A stretch of 64,000 nt of DNA from Candidatus Woesearchaeota archaeon (GTDB lineage Archaea > Nanobdellota > Nanobdellia > Pacearchaeales > GW2011-AR1). This document shows, in pieces, positions 46,407 through 55,692 of this stretch (position 1 is its first letter; each line of letters opens with the position of its first letter). Position numbers and translations under genes: made by a program. A model generated the notes under the pieces. The model did not search any database. It was given only the letters and a program-made list of their open reading frames with translations, and was not told the DNA's origin. The stretch spans positions 35,292 through 99,291 of the forward strand of contig CAZUKQ010000002.1 in assembly GCA_964621025.1 (NCBI GenBank). Direction: 5' to 3'.

Positions 46407-47587
46407 AGTCAAAAAGAAACGTTGGCAGTAATGTAAAAAAGTATTATCTTTTTAGTTTTTTTAGTGAGTTAGTCTTCTTTATTCCTATTATCGTTTTATT
46501 TTGGCAGAGCAACGGTTTGAGTTTAACACAAATTATGTTGTTACAGTCTCTTTATGCGATTTCTGTTGTTTTATTAGAAGTTCCAACAGGTGTTGTTGCT
46601 GATAAAATAGGTAGAAAACAAAGTTTGGTTTGTGGAGGATTTTTCTCTATTATAGGTTTTGTTTCTTATGCTTTGGGACATAACTTTTGGCAATTCTTAA
46701 TTGCTGAAATGATTCTTGCCTTAGCGAATAGTTTTATTTCAGGAGCTGATTCAGCTTTTATTTATGATTCATTAAAAGAACAAAAGCAAGAAAATAATTT
46801 TAAGAAAGTTAGAGGTAATGGAAAATCGTTAGAGTATTTTGCTGCAGCTTTTGCAAGTGTTTGTGGGGGTTTCATTGCTATCTATGGATTAAGACTAAAT
46901 TTCTGGTTAACTGTTTTTGGTATGATTCTTGCTTTTTTTGTTATGTTGTCTTTAGTAGAACCAAAAAGATTTAGCAAGGTTTTGAATAATAAGAGTTACT
47001 GGAAGCACACTAAAGAAAGTTTTAGGGAATTATTCAAAACTAAACAATTATTATTCTTGATATTATTTAATGGTCTTCTGGTAATTATGCTTAGAACTTC
47101 TCTTTGGTTTTATCAGCCGTACATGAAAAGCTCGGGTTTAGCTTTAGCTTACTTTGGTATTGTGTGGGCTAGTTTCAATCTCTTTGCAATTTTGGGTAGC
47201 AAGTCTGCACACAGATTTGAAAAATATCTTGGGGAAAAGTGGAGTCTTTGGTTTATGGGCGTCGGTATAGTTTTAAGTTTAGTTTTTATGAGTTTTTGGT
47301 TTGCGCTTTTTGGTTTGCTTTTTATCTGTTTTCAACAATTTATCAGAGGTTTTATCCCACCAGTTATAGAGAGTTATACTCACAAGCATCTTAGTTCTGA
47401 AAAAAGAGCAACTTTAATGTCGATACAGAATATGACTGGAAGTTTAATGTTCGCGATAGCTGGTCCAATTTATGGAAAGATTGCAGATGTTTATTCGTTG
47501 AGTACCGCTTTGCTAGTTACTGCTCTAAGTGTTTTCGTTGCTCTCGTTTTATTGATGATTTGGAATAGGAAGAATAACTCACATTAA
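46403..47587 (+). CDS. MFS transporter
   Basis: EVPTGVVADKIGRK, SGADSA.IYD, RAT; about 12 TM. Confidence 0.92.
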   Translation: MKSKRNVGSNVKKYYLFSFFSELVFFIPIIVLFWQSNGLSLTQIMLLQSLYAISVVLLEVPTGVVADKIGRKQSLVCGGFFSIIGFVSYALGHNFWQFLIAEMILALANSFISGADSAFIYDSLKEQKQENNFKKVRGNGKSLEYFAAAFASVCGGFIAIYGLRLNFWLTVFGMILAFFVMLSLVEPKRFSKVLNNKSYWKHTKESFRELFKTKQLLFLILFNGLLVIMLRTSLWFYQPYMKSSGLALAYFGIVWASFNLFAILGSKSAHRFEKYLGEKWSLWFMGVGIVLSLVFMSFWFALFGLLFICFQQFIRGFIPPVIESYTHKHLSSEKRATLMSIQNMTGSLMFAIAGPIYGKIADVYSLSTALLVTALSVFVALVLLMIWNRKNNSH

Positions 47588-47785
47588 AACTCTTAAGATT
47601 CCGATAGCTACTAAAAGAAATCCGAGCATTGCACTGACAATATCTTTGTTAATTGTTTTTCCAGTGTGGTGTTTTTTTATTTCACAGAATGTTGACCAAC
47701 ATTTTTTTCTGGAGATTGTGAATAGATATATTCCTAATAAAGCGAGCAGGATTCCAAAAAACCAATCGTGTAGATGTGTTATCAT
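47579..47785 (-). CDS. small 2-TM hypothetical protein
   Basis: Two hydrophobic segments. Confidence 0.55.
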   Translation of the reverse strand: MITHLHDWFFGILLALLGIYLFTISRKKCWSTFCEIKKHHTGKTINKDIVSAMLGFLLVAIGILRVLM

Positions 47786-47854
47786 ATTTTTATTAAGTGT
47801 GAGAAGATTATAAGTTTTGTGAATGTTTATTAAGTTTAATTCTATTGATAATTT

Positions 47855-48094
47855 ATGAAAAAAGAGAAGGAAGAGGTTTGGTTCCGGGCAAAATGTTATG
47901 GTTGGGGCTGGTATCCTTCAACTTGGCAAGGCGTTTTAGTGATTTTAGTCTGGGTAATTCTTTTTACTTTGTCGATGATGAAATTAGATCACGAATGGTT
48001 GAAAAATTTTGTTGCTATTTTTATTTTTACGGCAATTCTTCTTTGGATTTGTTGGAAAAAAGGTGAAAAACCAAGATGGAGATGGGGAAAATGA
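47855..48094 (+). CDS. small Trp-rich 2-TM protein
   Basis: WFRAKCYGWGWYPSTWQG...KGEKPRWRWG. Confidence 0.75.
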   Translation: MKKEKEEVWFRAKCYGWGWYPSTWQGVLVILVWVILFTLSMMKLDHEWLKNFVAIFIFTAILLWICWKKGEKPRWRWGK

Positions 48095-48573
48095 AAGTAG
48101 GTATAATTGGACCAAATAAAATTTTCAAAGGTGATGTAAATGAAAGAAAGAAATTACTTGCTAAAGTAGCTGAGATTTTAGTTAGCGAAAAGCATGAATT
48201 AGTTCTTACTCCCGACAAAGGTTCTTTATTGGAATATTTTGGGAAAAGATATAATGAACTTGGTGGAAAGAAAATCACGCTAGTTTTACCGACGGGCGAA
48301 GTTGGTCACGAAGAATATCTAAACACCGATTTAGGAGAAATAATTTCCTCAATGGATTGGGATAGGCAAGCAAATGAATTTAATAGACGGTGTGATGTTT
48401 TTGTTTGCGTTGGTTATTCTTGGGGTGCAATGAAAGAAATTGCCTGTGCCCAGTATTTCAATAAAAAGAAAATTTATGTTTTGAAAGAATTTATCTCTAA
48501 GAAAATGCCAGATGAATTAAATTTCTTGGTAGATTATATAAAAATTAGTGAGTTGAAGAGGAAATTAAAATGA
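48091..48573 (+). CDS. SLOG/LOG-like Rossmannoid protein
   Basis: MKVGIIG, CDVFVCVGYSWGAMKEI (cf. GGxGTxxE); ATGA overlap. Confidence 0.6.
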   Translation: MKVGIIGPNKIFKGDVNERKKLLAKVAEILVSEKHELVLTPDKGSLLEYFGKRYNELGGKKITLVLPTGEVGHEEYLNTDLGEIISSMDWDRQANEFNRRCDVFVCVGYSWGAMKEIACAQYFNKKKIYVLKEFISKKMPDELNFLVDYIKISELKRKLK

Positions 48574-48725
48574 AAAGAAAAATAAATAAAAAAGTTACTG
48601 CTCTATCCATAATTGCAATTGTCTGTTTAATTCTGACTTATGTTGTTAATTGGATTTTTATTATTCCTGCAATTGTGATTATGTTAATGAATCACAAAGA
48701 ATTGTTTGGGAAGAAAAGATATTAA
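48570..48725 (+). CDS. 51-aa 2-TM protein not in the ORF track
   Basis: MKRKINKKVTALSIIAIVCLILTYVVNWIFIIPAIVIMLMNHKELFGKKRY; ATGA overlap. Confidence 0.65.
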   Translation: MKRKINKKVTALSIIAIVCLILTYVVNWIFIIPAIVIMLMNHKELFGKKRY

Positions 48726-49015
48726 GTCAGTACGCCATAGGCTTCGAGAAGTAAATCGTGAAGTTCTGCTTCTTCTTTTTCTTCTAGTTCTTTTCCTCGA
48801 TTATATTTTGTTTCCCAATAGGTTACGAGGTCCCAAATGACTGCATCATCCTGTTCACCGTTTCCACAATCGCGGTACCAATCTTTTGGATTGGTGTAGC
48901 CCTCCCGAACATACGTTTCTTTAGGTATTGATGCTAACTTCATTTCTAAAAGATGGCCGATTTCATCCTCGGGGTAATCTTGTTGTATTTGGGTAACTAT
49001 GTCTGCTAAATTCAT
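48722..49015 (-). CDS. hypothetical acidic protein
   Basis: 97-aa ORF. Confidence 0.6.
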   Translation of the reverse strand: MNLADIVTQIQQDYPEDEIGHLLEMKLASIPKETYVREGYTNPKDWYRDCGNGEQDDAVIWDLVTYWETKYNRGKELEEKEEAELHDLLLEAYGVLT

Positions 49016-49161
49016 AAAAGAATTATTGTTGTAAAATTATCCGAAAGCGACCCCACTCGTCCGGATTTAAGTATTTTAGTCTGATGAATTGTATTCATGT
49101 TTGATCTTAAACTTATAATTGCGTCATCCCTTTATTAATCTTTGTTTTAACTATCTAGAAA

Positions 49162-51630
49162 CTATTCTTTAAACACTTCACTAACATCTTCTGTAGCTGT
49201 TCCTTCTGGTTCTTGACTTGCTACTTCTTCTATCGTTGTGCTTTGTTCTGCAATTTCTCTTTTTTCTATTGTCTCAGCGACTCGTTCCGATTCTTTTTCG
49301 TCAATTCTTTCTTTAATGTCTGAGATGTTATCTAGTGGTTCAATTTTTACCTTACCTTGAACAGTAGAAGTAGGTTTAGCATCTTCCATTGATTTGATTA
49401 ATATTGAAAGTTCGTGAGCTACGTCGGCGTTTACGGAGATGGAATCAATTCCTTGCTTAACCAAGAACTCAACCATTTCTTTTTTACTTCCTGCTTGGCC
49501 ACAAATAGAAGTTTCAATCTTAGGTTTTCTTGAATGACATTCTCTTATCACTTTTGAAATTTGTTTTAGAACTGCCCAGTTCATTTCGTCATAGATGTAT
49601 TGGACTTGGTCATTTCCTCTATCGATTGCCAATGTGAACTGTGTTAGGTCGTTTGTTCCGAAAGAGATGAAGTCAATTCCAACATCACAGATATCTTTAA
49701 TCAAAGTTGTTGCGGCAGGAGTTTCAATCATTGCTCCGACTTTTACATTTTCGTGTCCAAGCATTCCCATGTCTTTCATTATCACTTTTGCTGCTTTGAC
49801 TTCTTCGGGAGAGATAACTTGGGGAAACATTACACCAAACTTGAAACCTTTCTTTGCTAGTTCAAACATTGCGCCAAGTTCTGCTCTGAATAAGTCTTCA
49901 TGCTTCAATGAGAATCGGATTCCGTGGAAACCTAACATAGGATTACCTTCCTTTGCCTTAGGTGCACCTTGTAAATTTGAATATTCGTCACTTCTGATGT
50001 CTGAGGTTCTTACCCAAACTTCTTTTCCAGGGAAGTTCTCAGCGATTTTTAGGAAACCATCTCGTAACATCGTTTGGTATTCATCAATTTTATTATTGTC
50101 TTTGTAGTACATTGGGTGTTTACCAGACATTGCGATTAAACCTTCCATTCTAACTAATCCAACACCATCAGCGTTTGTCTTAGCAGCCCTCTCAGCGAAT
50201 TGTGGAAGGTCTACAAGAACTTTTATTTTTATTTTGGTGTGAACAATAGGTAAGATTTCAACTTTCTTATTTTCAGCTCTCCCTAAGTAAACTTTTCCGT
50301 TAGCACCATCAACCGTTACTTCTTTTCCTTCTTCTAAAACTTGTGTTGCGTTTCCTGTTCCGACTACTGCAGGAATTCCCATTTCTCTTGAAACTATTGC
50401 TGCGTGAGCCGTGATTCCACCTTCGTCAGTTACTATCGCAGAAGCTTTTTGCATTGTTACAACCATATCTGGATTTGTCATTTCAGTTACAAGAACATCG
50501 CCGTCTTTTACTTTATCTAAGTCATCCATTGAATGAACAATTCTTACAATACCTGATGCAACTCCGGGGCTAGCTCCAAGACCTTGAACTAAAATTTGTC
50601 CAGATAATTCTTGTGCTTCTTTTTTATTTCCAATTGTCGTGATAGGTCTTGTTTGTAAAATGAAAATGTTTCCGTCTTCAATTGAAAATTCAATGTCTTG
50701 AGGTTTGTTATAATGTTTTTCCAATTTCAATGCAAATTCTGCAAGTTGTTTTACTTCATGAGTTTTCAAAACTTTTTTATTAGAAATTTCTGGAGTAAGC
50801 TGAACCGTTTTCGTGATACCTGAAGAATCTCTTACAATTGCTACTTTTTTTTCTGCGATTGTTTCACTTAATATTTCTAAATCTCTAGATACGACGTATC
50901 CATCAGGTTTGATTCTTCCAGAAACAATTCCTTCTCCCTGGCCGAAAACAGCTTCGATTAAAATGTTATCTTGTTTTACTGGGTCGACTGAGAACATTAC
51001 TCCTGACTTGTCAGAGTTTATCATTCTTTGAACTATCGCCGAAATTCCAACGTGTGCGTCGAAGCCCTTACTTATTCTGTAGAAAATTGCTCTTGCAGTA
51101 AATGTCGATGCGAAAACTTTCTTTACGTGTAATATCACTTCTGAGTTTCCTTTTACATTGATGAAAGAATCTTGTTGGCCTGCGAAAGATGCGTCGGATA
51201 AGTCTTCTGCTGTTGCGGAACTTCTTACAGAAACGAAAATTGGTTCTTGTGCAGTCTTCATTATTGTCATAACATTTGCTGCGCCTTTCATGTCGTCTAA
51301 GTTTACATTAAAGTGACCGTATGCTTCTAAAATTTCTTTTTCTAAATCTTCGGGCATTGGTGTGCTAATAACTAAATCTCTAATCTCTTTTGCTTTTTCG
51401 GTTAGTGCTTTTGTATCGTTCTTGTCAATCTTAGAAAGCATGTGGTCAATTTGTTGTCTTACTCCAGTTTTACCTAAGAAATGATCATAAGCGTAAGTTG
51501 TAACGGCGAATGCAGGTGGAACCGGGAAGCCAGCGTTGTACATCTCTCCGAGATTTGCACCTTTACCACCAACGATAGCACCATCAGATTTAGAAAGCTC
51601 CGAAAGCCATGCTATAAACCTCTCTTTCAT
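49162..51630 (-). CDS. ppsA: phosphoenolpyruvate synthase
   Basis: GGKGANLGEM, VRSSATAED..SFAGQ, GGITAHAAIVSRE, SFGTNDLTQ, SICGQ. Confidence 0.95.
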   Translation of the reverse strand: MKERFIAWLSELSKSDGAIVGGKGANLGEMYNAGFPVPPAFAVTTYAYDHFLGKTGVRQQIDHMLSKIDKNDTKALTEKAKEIRDLVISTPMPEDLEKEILEAYGHFNVNLDDMKGAANVMTIMKTAQEPIFVSVRSSATAEDLSDASFAGQQDSFINVKGNSEVILHVKKVFASTFTARAIFYRISKGFDAHVGISAIVQRMINSDKSGVMFSVDPVKQDNILIEAVFGQGEGIVSGRIKPDGYVVSRDLEILSETIAEKKVAIVRDSSGITKTVQLTPEISNKKVLKTHEVKQLAEFALKLEKHYNKPQDIEFSIEDGNIFILQTRPITTIGNKKEAQELSGQILVQGLGASPGVASGIVRIVHSMDDLDKVKDGDVLVTEMTNPDMVVTMQKASAIVTDEGGITAHAAIVSREMGIPAVVGTGNATQVLEEGKEVTVDGANGKVYLGRAENKKVEILPIVHTKIKIKVLVDLPQFAERAAKTNADGVGLVRMEGLIAMSGKHPMYYKDNNKIDEYQTMLRDGFLKIAENFPGKEVWVRTSDIRSDEYSNLQGAPKAKEGNPMLGFHGIRFSLKHEDLFRAELGAMFELAKKGFKFGVMFPQVISPEEVKAAKVIMKDMGMLGHENVKVGAMIETPAATTLIKDICDVGIDFISFGTNDLTQFTLAIDRGNDQVQYIYDEMNWAVLKQISKVIRECHSRKPKIETSICGQAGSKKEMVEFLVKQGIDSISVNADVAHELSILIKSMEDAKPTSTVQGKVKIEPLDNISDIKERIDEKESERVAETIEKREIAEQSTTIEEVASQEPEGTATEDVSEVFKE

Positions 51631-51690
51631 GAAATAAAACAATCAAATGATTATATAAATCTTTTTAAATCGCTGAGAACTCTCAAAATT

Positions 51691-53007
51691 ATGACAACAT
51701 ATGAAGAGTCAGGGGTTCATAATGATGCGAAGGAAGATGTTTCTAAAATTCTTTATCATGCTGCGAGAGAGACTTGGAAAAATAGAGAAGGAAAATTGGG
51801 AGAAGTTATTTCTGCGTTTGATAATTTTTCTGGTGTGAGAGCAATAGATGTTTCAAATCTTCCAAAAGGAACTTTGATGAATATGGGTTTTGATGGGGTT
51901 GGAACAAAAATGGAAATTGCAGAAAGGATGAATGATTACCGAACAATTGCTTACGATTTATTCGCTATGGTTTGCGACGACGCTATTGTGCGAGGTGCAG
52001 AGCCAGTTTTAATTGGTTCAATTTTAGACACAAATTCTCTTAAGGGAAAAAATGGCCCTTACACAAAACAAGTTAGACAACTTGCTGAGGGTTATGTTAA
52101 AGCAGCTAGAGAAGCGAATGTTGCTGTTGTGAATGGCGAATGTGCGGAACTTGGAAGTAGAGTTGGAGGTTATGGTGGAAACAATTTCGCCTTGCAATTA
52201 GCTCACAGTTACATTTCTGTCAATCTGAATAGAGATAATTTCCTAAGTATAAAACTTCTTTCAAGTTATTTAGTGGAGAAAAATGAAGAGGTTAAAAAGA
52301 AAATTCTTGAAGGAATAGATTTGCCAGAAAGAAAATTTTTAGAAGGTCTTGAAAACATGGTTGGTTTCAATTCTAATTGGGGTGCAAGTGCAGTTTGGTT
52401 TGCAAATAAAGATAGACTGTTTACAGGAATGGAAATTAAGGAAGGTAATGACTTAATAGCATTAAGAGAGCAAGGATTTAGGTCTAATGGGCTTTCACTT
52501 GTGAGAAAAATTTTGGAAGATAACTTTGGAAATGAGTGGCACAAAAAAGAATTTATGGAAGGTACTTACGGAAGTGCAGTTTTAACTCCTTCGAGAATTT
52601 ATACAAAAGCAGTTGTTGATATGTTTGGCGGTTTTAATGGTTTGGTAAAAACCGAAGTTCATGGAGTTGCACATATAACTGGGGGAGGAATTCCTGAAAA
52701 GTTGGGAAGAATGTTAGAACCTTCTGGTTTGTCTGCTTATTTGAATTCTTTGATTGCTCCTCCGTTAATTATGGAACAGGTTAGAAAAATGGGAGATGTT
52801 TCTCATATTAATGCTTACAAAACTTGGAACATGGGAAATGGATTAATTATAGCGACGCCAAGAGCAGAAGAAGTTATAAAAATTGCTGGCGAACATCAAA
52901 TTTATGCGAAGAAAATTGGGAAGGTTGTGAAAGAAGATAAACCTAAAGTAATAATTGAAGCGCAGTCTTCTGGTCCTAAAGAAAGATTAGAATTTTTAAT
53001 TGATTAA
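51691..53007 (+). CDS. purM: PurM/AIR synthetase-like protein with internal insertion
   Basis: YEESGV, DGVGTK, SNGLSLVRK, AHITGGG, TWNMG.G; start 29 nt after TATA 51662. Confidence 0.8.
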   Translation: MTTYEESGVHNDAKEDVSKILYHAARETWKNREGKLGEVISAFDNFSGVRAIDVSNLPKGTLMNMGFDGVGTKMEIAERMNDYRTIAYDLFAMVCDDAIVRGAEPVLIGSILDTNSLKGKNGPYTKQVRQLAEGYVKAAREANVAVVNGECAELGSRVGGYGGNNFALQLAHSYISVNLNRDNFLSIKLLSSYLVEKNEEVKKKILEGIDLPERKFLEGLENMVGFNSNWGASAVWFANKDRLFTGMEIKEGNDLIALREQGFRSNGLSLVRKILEDNFGNEWHKKEFMEGTYGSAVLTPSRIYTKAVVDMFGGFNGLVKTEVHGVAHITGGGIPEKLGRMLEPSGLSAYLNSLIAPPLIMEQVRKMGDVSHINAYKTWNMGNGLIIATPRAEEVIKIAGEHQIYAKKIGKVVKEDKPKVIIEAQSSGPKERLEFLID

Positions 53008-53355
53008 TTATTCAGAAAATAAAACTTCGTGGTAGGGTTGGTCTAGTAAATATTCTGGGAGTTTGCATAAAGCACAGGAGTATTGTTCTATCTCTGGATT
53101 ACTTCCAACAATTTGTTTAACTCTTTTAAAAGTAAAAACAATTCTTTCGTCTTCTATGTCTAAACTGGTTATTGTTTTTCCGTATCTATTGTGAATTCTT
53201 GCTTGGGCTTTTTCTCTAGTTTTTTGGTCTGGGCAGAATAGAGATCTTTGGGCTAGTCGAGAAAACAGAGCAACTTCTTTATCAAATTTTTCTAAATCTA
53301 TATCATTAAACCTTAAGGTTTCTTCAAGTGTTTGTTTATCTAACGATGCTGCCAT
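53008..53355 (-). CDS. hypothetical protein
   Basis: Overlaps upstream tRNA-binding gene by 20 nt. Confidence 0.55.
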   Translation of the reverse strand: MAASLDKQTLEETLRFNDIDLEKFDKEVALFSRLAQRSLFCPDQKTREKAQARIHNRYGKTITSLDIEDERIVFTFKRVKQIVGSNPEIEQYSCALCKLPEYLLDQPYHEVLFSE

Positions 53356-53671
53356 TTTCTATGTCATCTGATGGGCTGATTAAAACTACTTTTGATTCGT
53401 CTTTGTTGACTGCTGCGAGAACCATTCCCTGACTTTCAATTCCTTTTAGTTTTCGCGGGGCAAGATTCTTGAACAGAATTATCTTTTTCCCTTTCAACTC
53501 TTCTCTTGAATAAAATTTCTTGATACCTGCACAAACAGTTCGGTTTTCATCTCCGATATTTATCAATAATTTGTAAAGTTTGTCAGCACCGGGAATGTCT
53601 TCGACGTTTTCTATCACGCCTACAACTAGATTTATTTTTTCCCAATCGTCAAAATTGGCAATGCCTTCCAT
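53336..53671 (-). CDS. stand-alone tRNA-binding OB-fold (Trbp111/MetRS C-terminal domain)
   Basis: ADKLYKL, RTVCAGI, NLAPRKLKGIESQGMVLAA. Confidence 0.92.
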   Translation of the reverse strand: MEGIANFDDWEKINLVVGVIENVEDIPGADKLYKLLINIGDENRTVCAGIKKFYSREELKGKKIILFKNLAPRKLKGIESQGMVLAAVNKDESKVVLISPSDDIENGSIVR

Positions 53672-53751
53672 GTTTATTTCTAGAATTTGAAGATTTTAAA
53701 TGTTTACATCGTTATCATTACGTTTAAAAATGAGGGTGACTTTAGTGGTTT

Positions 53752-54357
53752 ATGTTTGGTAAAAGATGTCCGTCATGTAATGAAAGAGTAAAGAAGAAAT
53801 TCAACTATTGTCCTCATTGTAGCTATGGTCTTAAACAGCGAAAGCCTACCGGAGATTTTGGTTTGCTTGGTCTTGGCGATGACATAAAATTACCTTTTGG
53901 ATTTAATGCGATTATGAAACCTTTGATGAAACAACTTGAAAAGGAGCTTGGTTCTTTGGACATGAGTGAGTTGAATCAAAATATGGGTCAACAGCCGAAG
54001 GGATTCAAAATTCAAATATCTACGGGAAAACCTCAGAACCACCAGAACGTTGGAAAGGTTGAAATGCCTGTAATTGAAAATGATGAAGTTTCACACAGAG
54101 AATCAGAACGAAGACAGAAATTGCCTAGAGTCGACGCTAAATCAACCATTCGGAGATTGCCTGAAGGAATTGTTTATGAAATTTCTACACCCGGTGTAAA
54201 GAATCAAAAAGAAGTCGTTGTTTCTCAGCTTGAAGATGGAATTGAAGTTCGAGCTTATTCAAAGGCAAAATGTTATACTAAGATAATTCCTATGAAGGCA
54301 GAGATTTTAGGTTACAAAGTTAGTGACGAGAAAGTTTTGGTCAAGTTGAAGGCTTAA
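53752..54357 (+). CDS. zinc-ribbon plus Hsp20/alpha-crystallin-like protein
   Basis: CPSC...YCPHC; C-term YEISTPGV..KEV.V..LEDGIEVRA...YTKII. Confidence 0.65.
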   Translation: MFGKRCPSCNERVKKKFNYCPHCSYGLKQRKPTGDFGLLGLGDDIKLPFGFNAIMKPLMKQLEKELGSLDMSELNQNMGQQPKGFKIQISTGKPQNHQNVGKVEMPVIENDEVSHRESERRQKLPRVDAKSTIRRLPEGIVYEISTPGVKNQKEVVVSQLEDGIEVRAYSKAKCYTKIIPMKAEILGYKVSDEKVLVKLKA

Positions 54358-54415
54358 TTATTTATTTAAAATAAAAAAGAGAATGTTAATATACCTCTTT
54401 TTATTTCAATTATTT

Positions 54416-55012
54416 ATGGTGCTAAGTGTATTCCTTTATGCTTTTATTATAGTTTTTCTTTTAAATGTTATACCTATTTTTGGTCCGCCAACATGGCTGG
54501 TTTTGTCTTTTATCTCATTTAATTATCCTATTTCTTCTTTACCTCTTTTTGTTTTAGTAACTCTTACGGCATCTACTTTAGGAAGAATTATTTTAACGCT
54601 TTCGGCTAAACAGATTATTAGAAATAGATTCTTGGGCGAAAAGTATAGAAAAAATATGGAATATCTCAGAAAACGTCTTGAAAAACGTCCATTTTCAGTG
54701 GTTGTAGTTTTTTTCTTAGAAGCATTCACTCCTTTACCTTCGGATCAATTTTTTATAGCTTATGGATTAACTGGCATGAAGCTACGGTATGCAATTGTTC
54801 CCTTTTTCGTGGCGCGTCTTTTCACTTATAGTTTCTGGATATATACTGCCAGTGCAGTTTCAAGAGGTATTGCAGCTAACTCTCTAATTAATTTTTCTTT
54901 TTTGAGTTGGTCGTTTGTATTGGGGGAGCTTCTACTTTTAGTTATTATTTTCTTTTTTGTAAAAATTGATTGGCAACGTCTTATTTTGGAGCATAAAGTA
55001 GAAGTATTATAG
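54416..55012 (+). CDS. DedA/VTT-like membrane protein
   Basis: NVIPIFGPPTW, STLG, FTPLPSD, R in FFVAR. Confidence 0.7.
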   Translation: MVLSVFLYAFIIVFLLNVIPIFGPPTWLVLSFISFNYPISSLPLFVLVTLTASTLGRIILTLSAKQIIRNRFLGEKYRKNMEYLRKRLEKRPFSVVVVFFLEAFTPLPSDQFFIAYGLTGMKLRYAIVPFFVARLFTYSFWIYTASAVSRGIAANSLINFSFLSWSFVLGELLLLVIIFFFVKIDWQRLILEHKVEVL

Positions 55013-55082
55013 GATAATTCTTAAATTGCCCCTTTAACAACTTTTATAAATAGATTTTTTGTTTAAATTTAGTAGTGCGATT

Positions 55083-55156
55083 GAGCCCGTGGCGCAGCCA
55101 GGTAGCGCACCGCTCTGATAAGGCGGGGGTCCCAAGTTCAAATCTTGGCGGGCTCA
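55083..55156 (+). tRNA. tRNA-Ile(GAT)
   Basis: GAGCCCG/CGGGCTC, CCGCT-CTGATAA-GGCGG, CCAAG-TTCAAAT-CTTGG. Confidence 0.95.
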
Positions 55157-55227
55157 TTTTCTATTAGTACCTATTTCACTATAGCAATCCTTAAATAATT
55201 CTTGCTCTAGATTAAATTGTAAAAAAG

Positions 55228-55419
55228 ATGGTAACTGCAAATTTAGAATCTTTGACTGATAAGCAAATTCAGGAATTAACTTCCGAACAACTTGGTGACC
55301 AAATTGAAAATACTCTTATTCGGATACAGCAATATTGTGGAAGAGATTCAGAAAAATGCAACCATTATCACGAACAAATTAAGAGATATTGGATGGAAGA
55401 ACATCGGCGAAAGGCATAA
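55228..55419 (+). CDS. hypothetical protein
   Basis: 63-aa ORF with TATA upstream. Confidence 0.55.
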   Translation: MVTANLESLTDKQIQELTSEQLGDQIENTLIRIQQYCGRDSEKCNHYHEQIKRYWMEEHRRKA

Positions 55420-55449
55420 GATTAAATATTTCTAACGCTCTTCTCTAAT

Positions 55450-55692
55450 ATGGGTCGTTTGACTGAAAAAGAAATTGTGAAATTAGCTGCAGAATACGGA
55501 AAAAATATTGAGCATGAATTGGATGAGTGGATTAAAATTGGAAAAACTGATGAAAATAAAATAATCGATAATTTAGATATTCTAAAGCTTTCTGGTCTGC
55601 CTTTAGAGGTTTATAGTTATTATGTGGACATGTACAACTCGGTCGCATCTTATTGTTCACCTAAAACAAGAGAGTTAGAAGACTTAGTTTAG
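55450..55692 (+). CDS. hypothetical protein
   Basis: 80-aa ORF; TATA about 29 nt upstream. Confidence 0.55.
   Translation: MGRLTEKEIVKLAAEYGKNIEHELDEWIKIGKTDENKIIDNLDILKLSGLPLEVYSYYVDMYNSVASYCSPKTRELEDLV

Noticed and set aside
49081-49087. CTGATGA as hammerhead core or box C
   Set aside because: No correctly placed GAAA with stem II and no downstream box D.
51481-51690. 70-aa N-terminal extension of PurM
   Set aside because: Overlaps ppsA antisense; TATA spacing places the start at 51691.
52177-52362. Intein in PurM
   Set aside because: Too short; no N-terminal Cys/Ser block and no His-Asn C-terminus.
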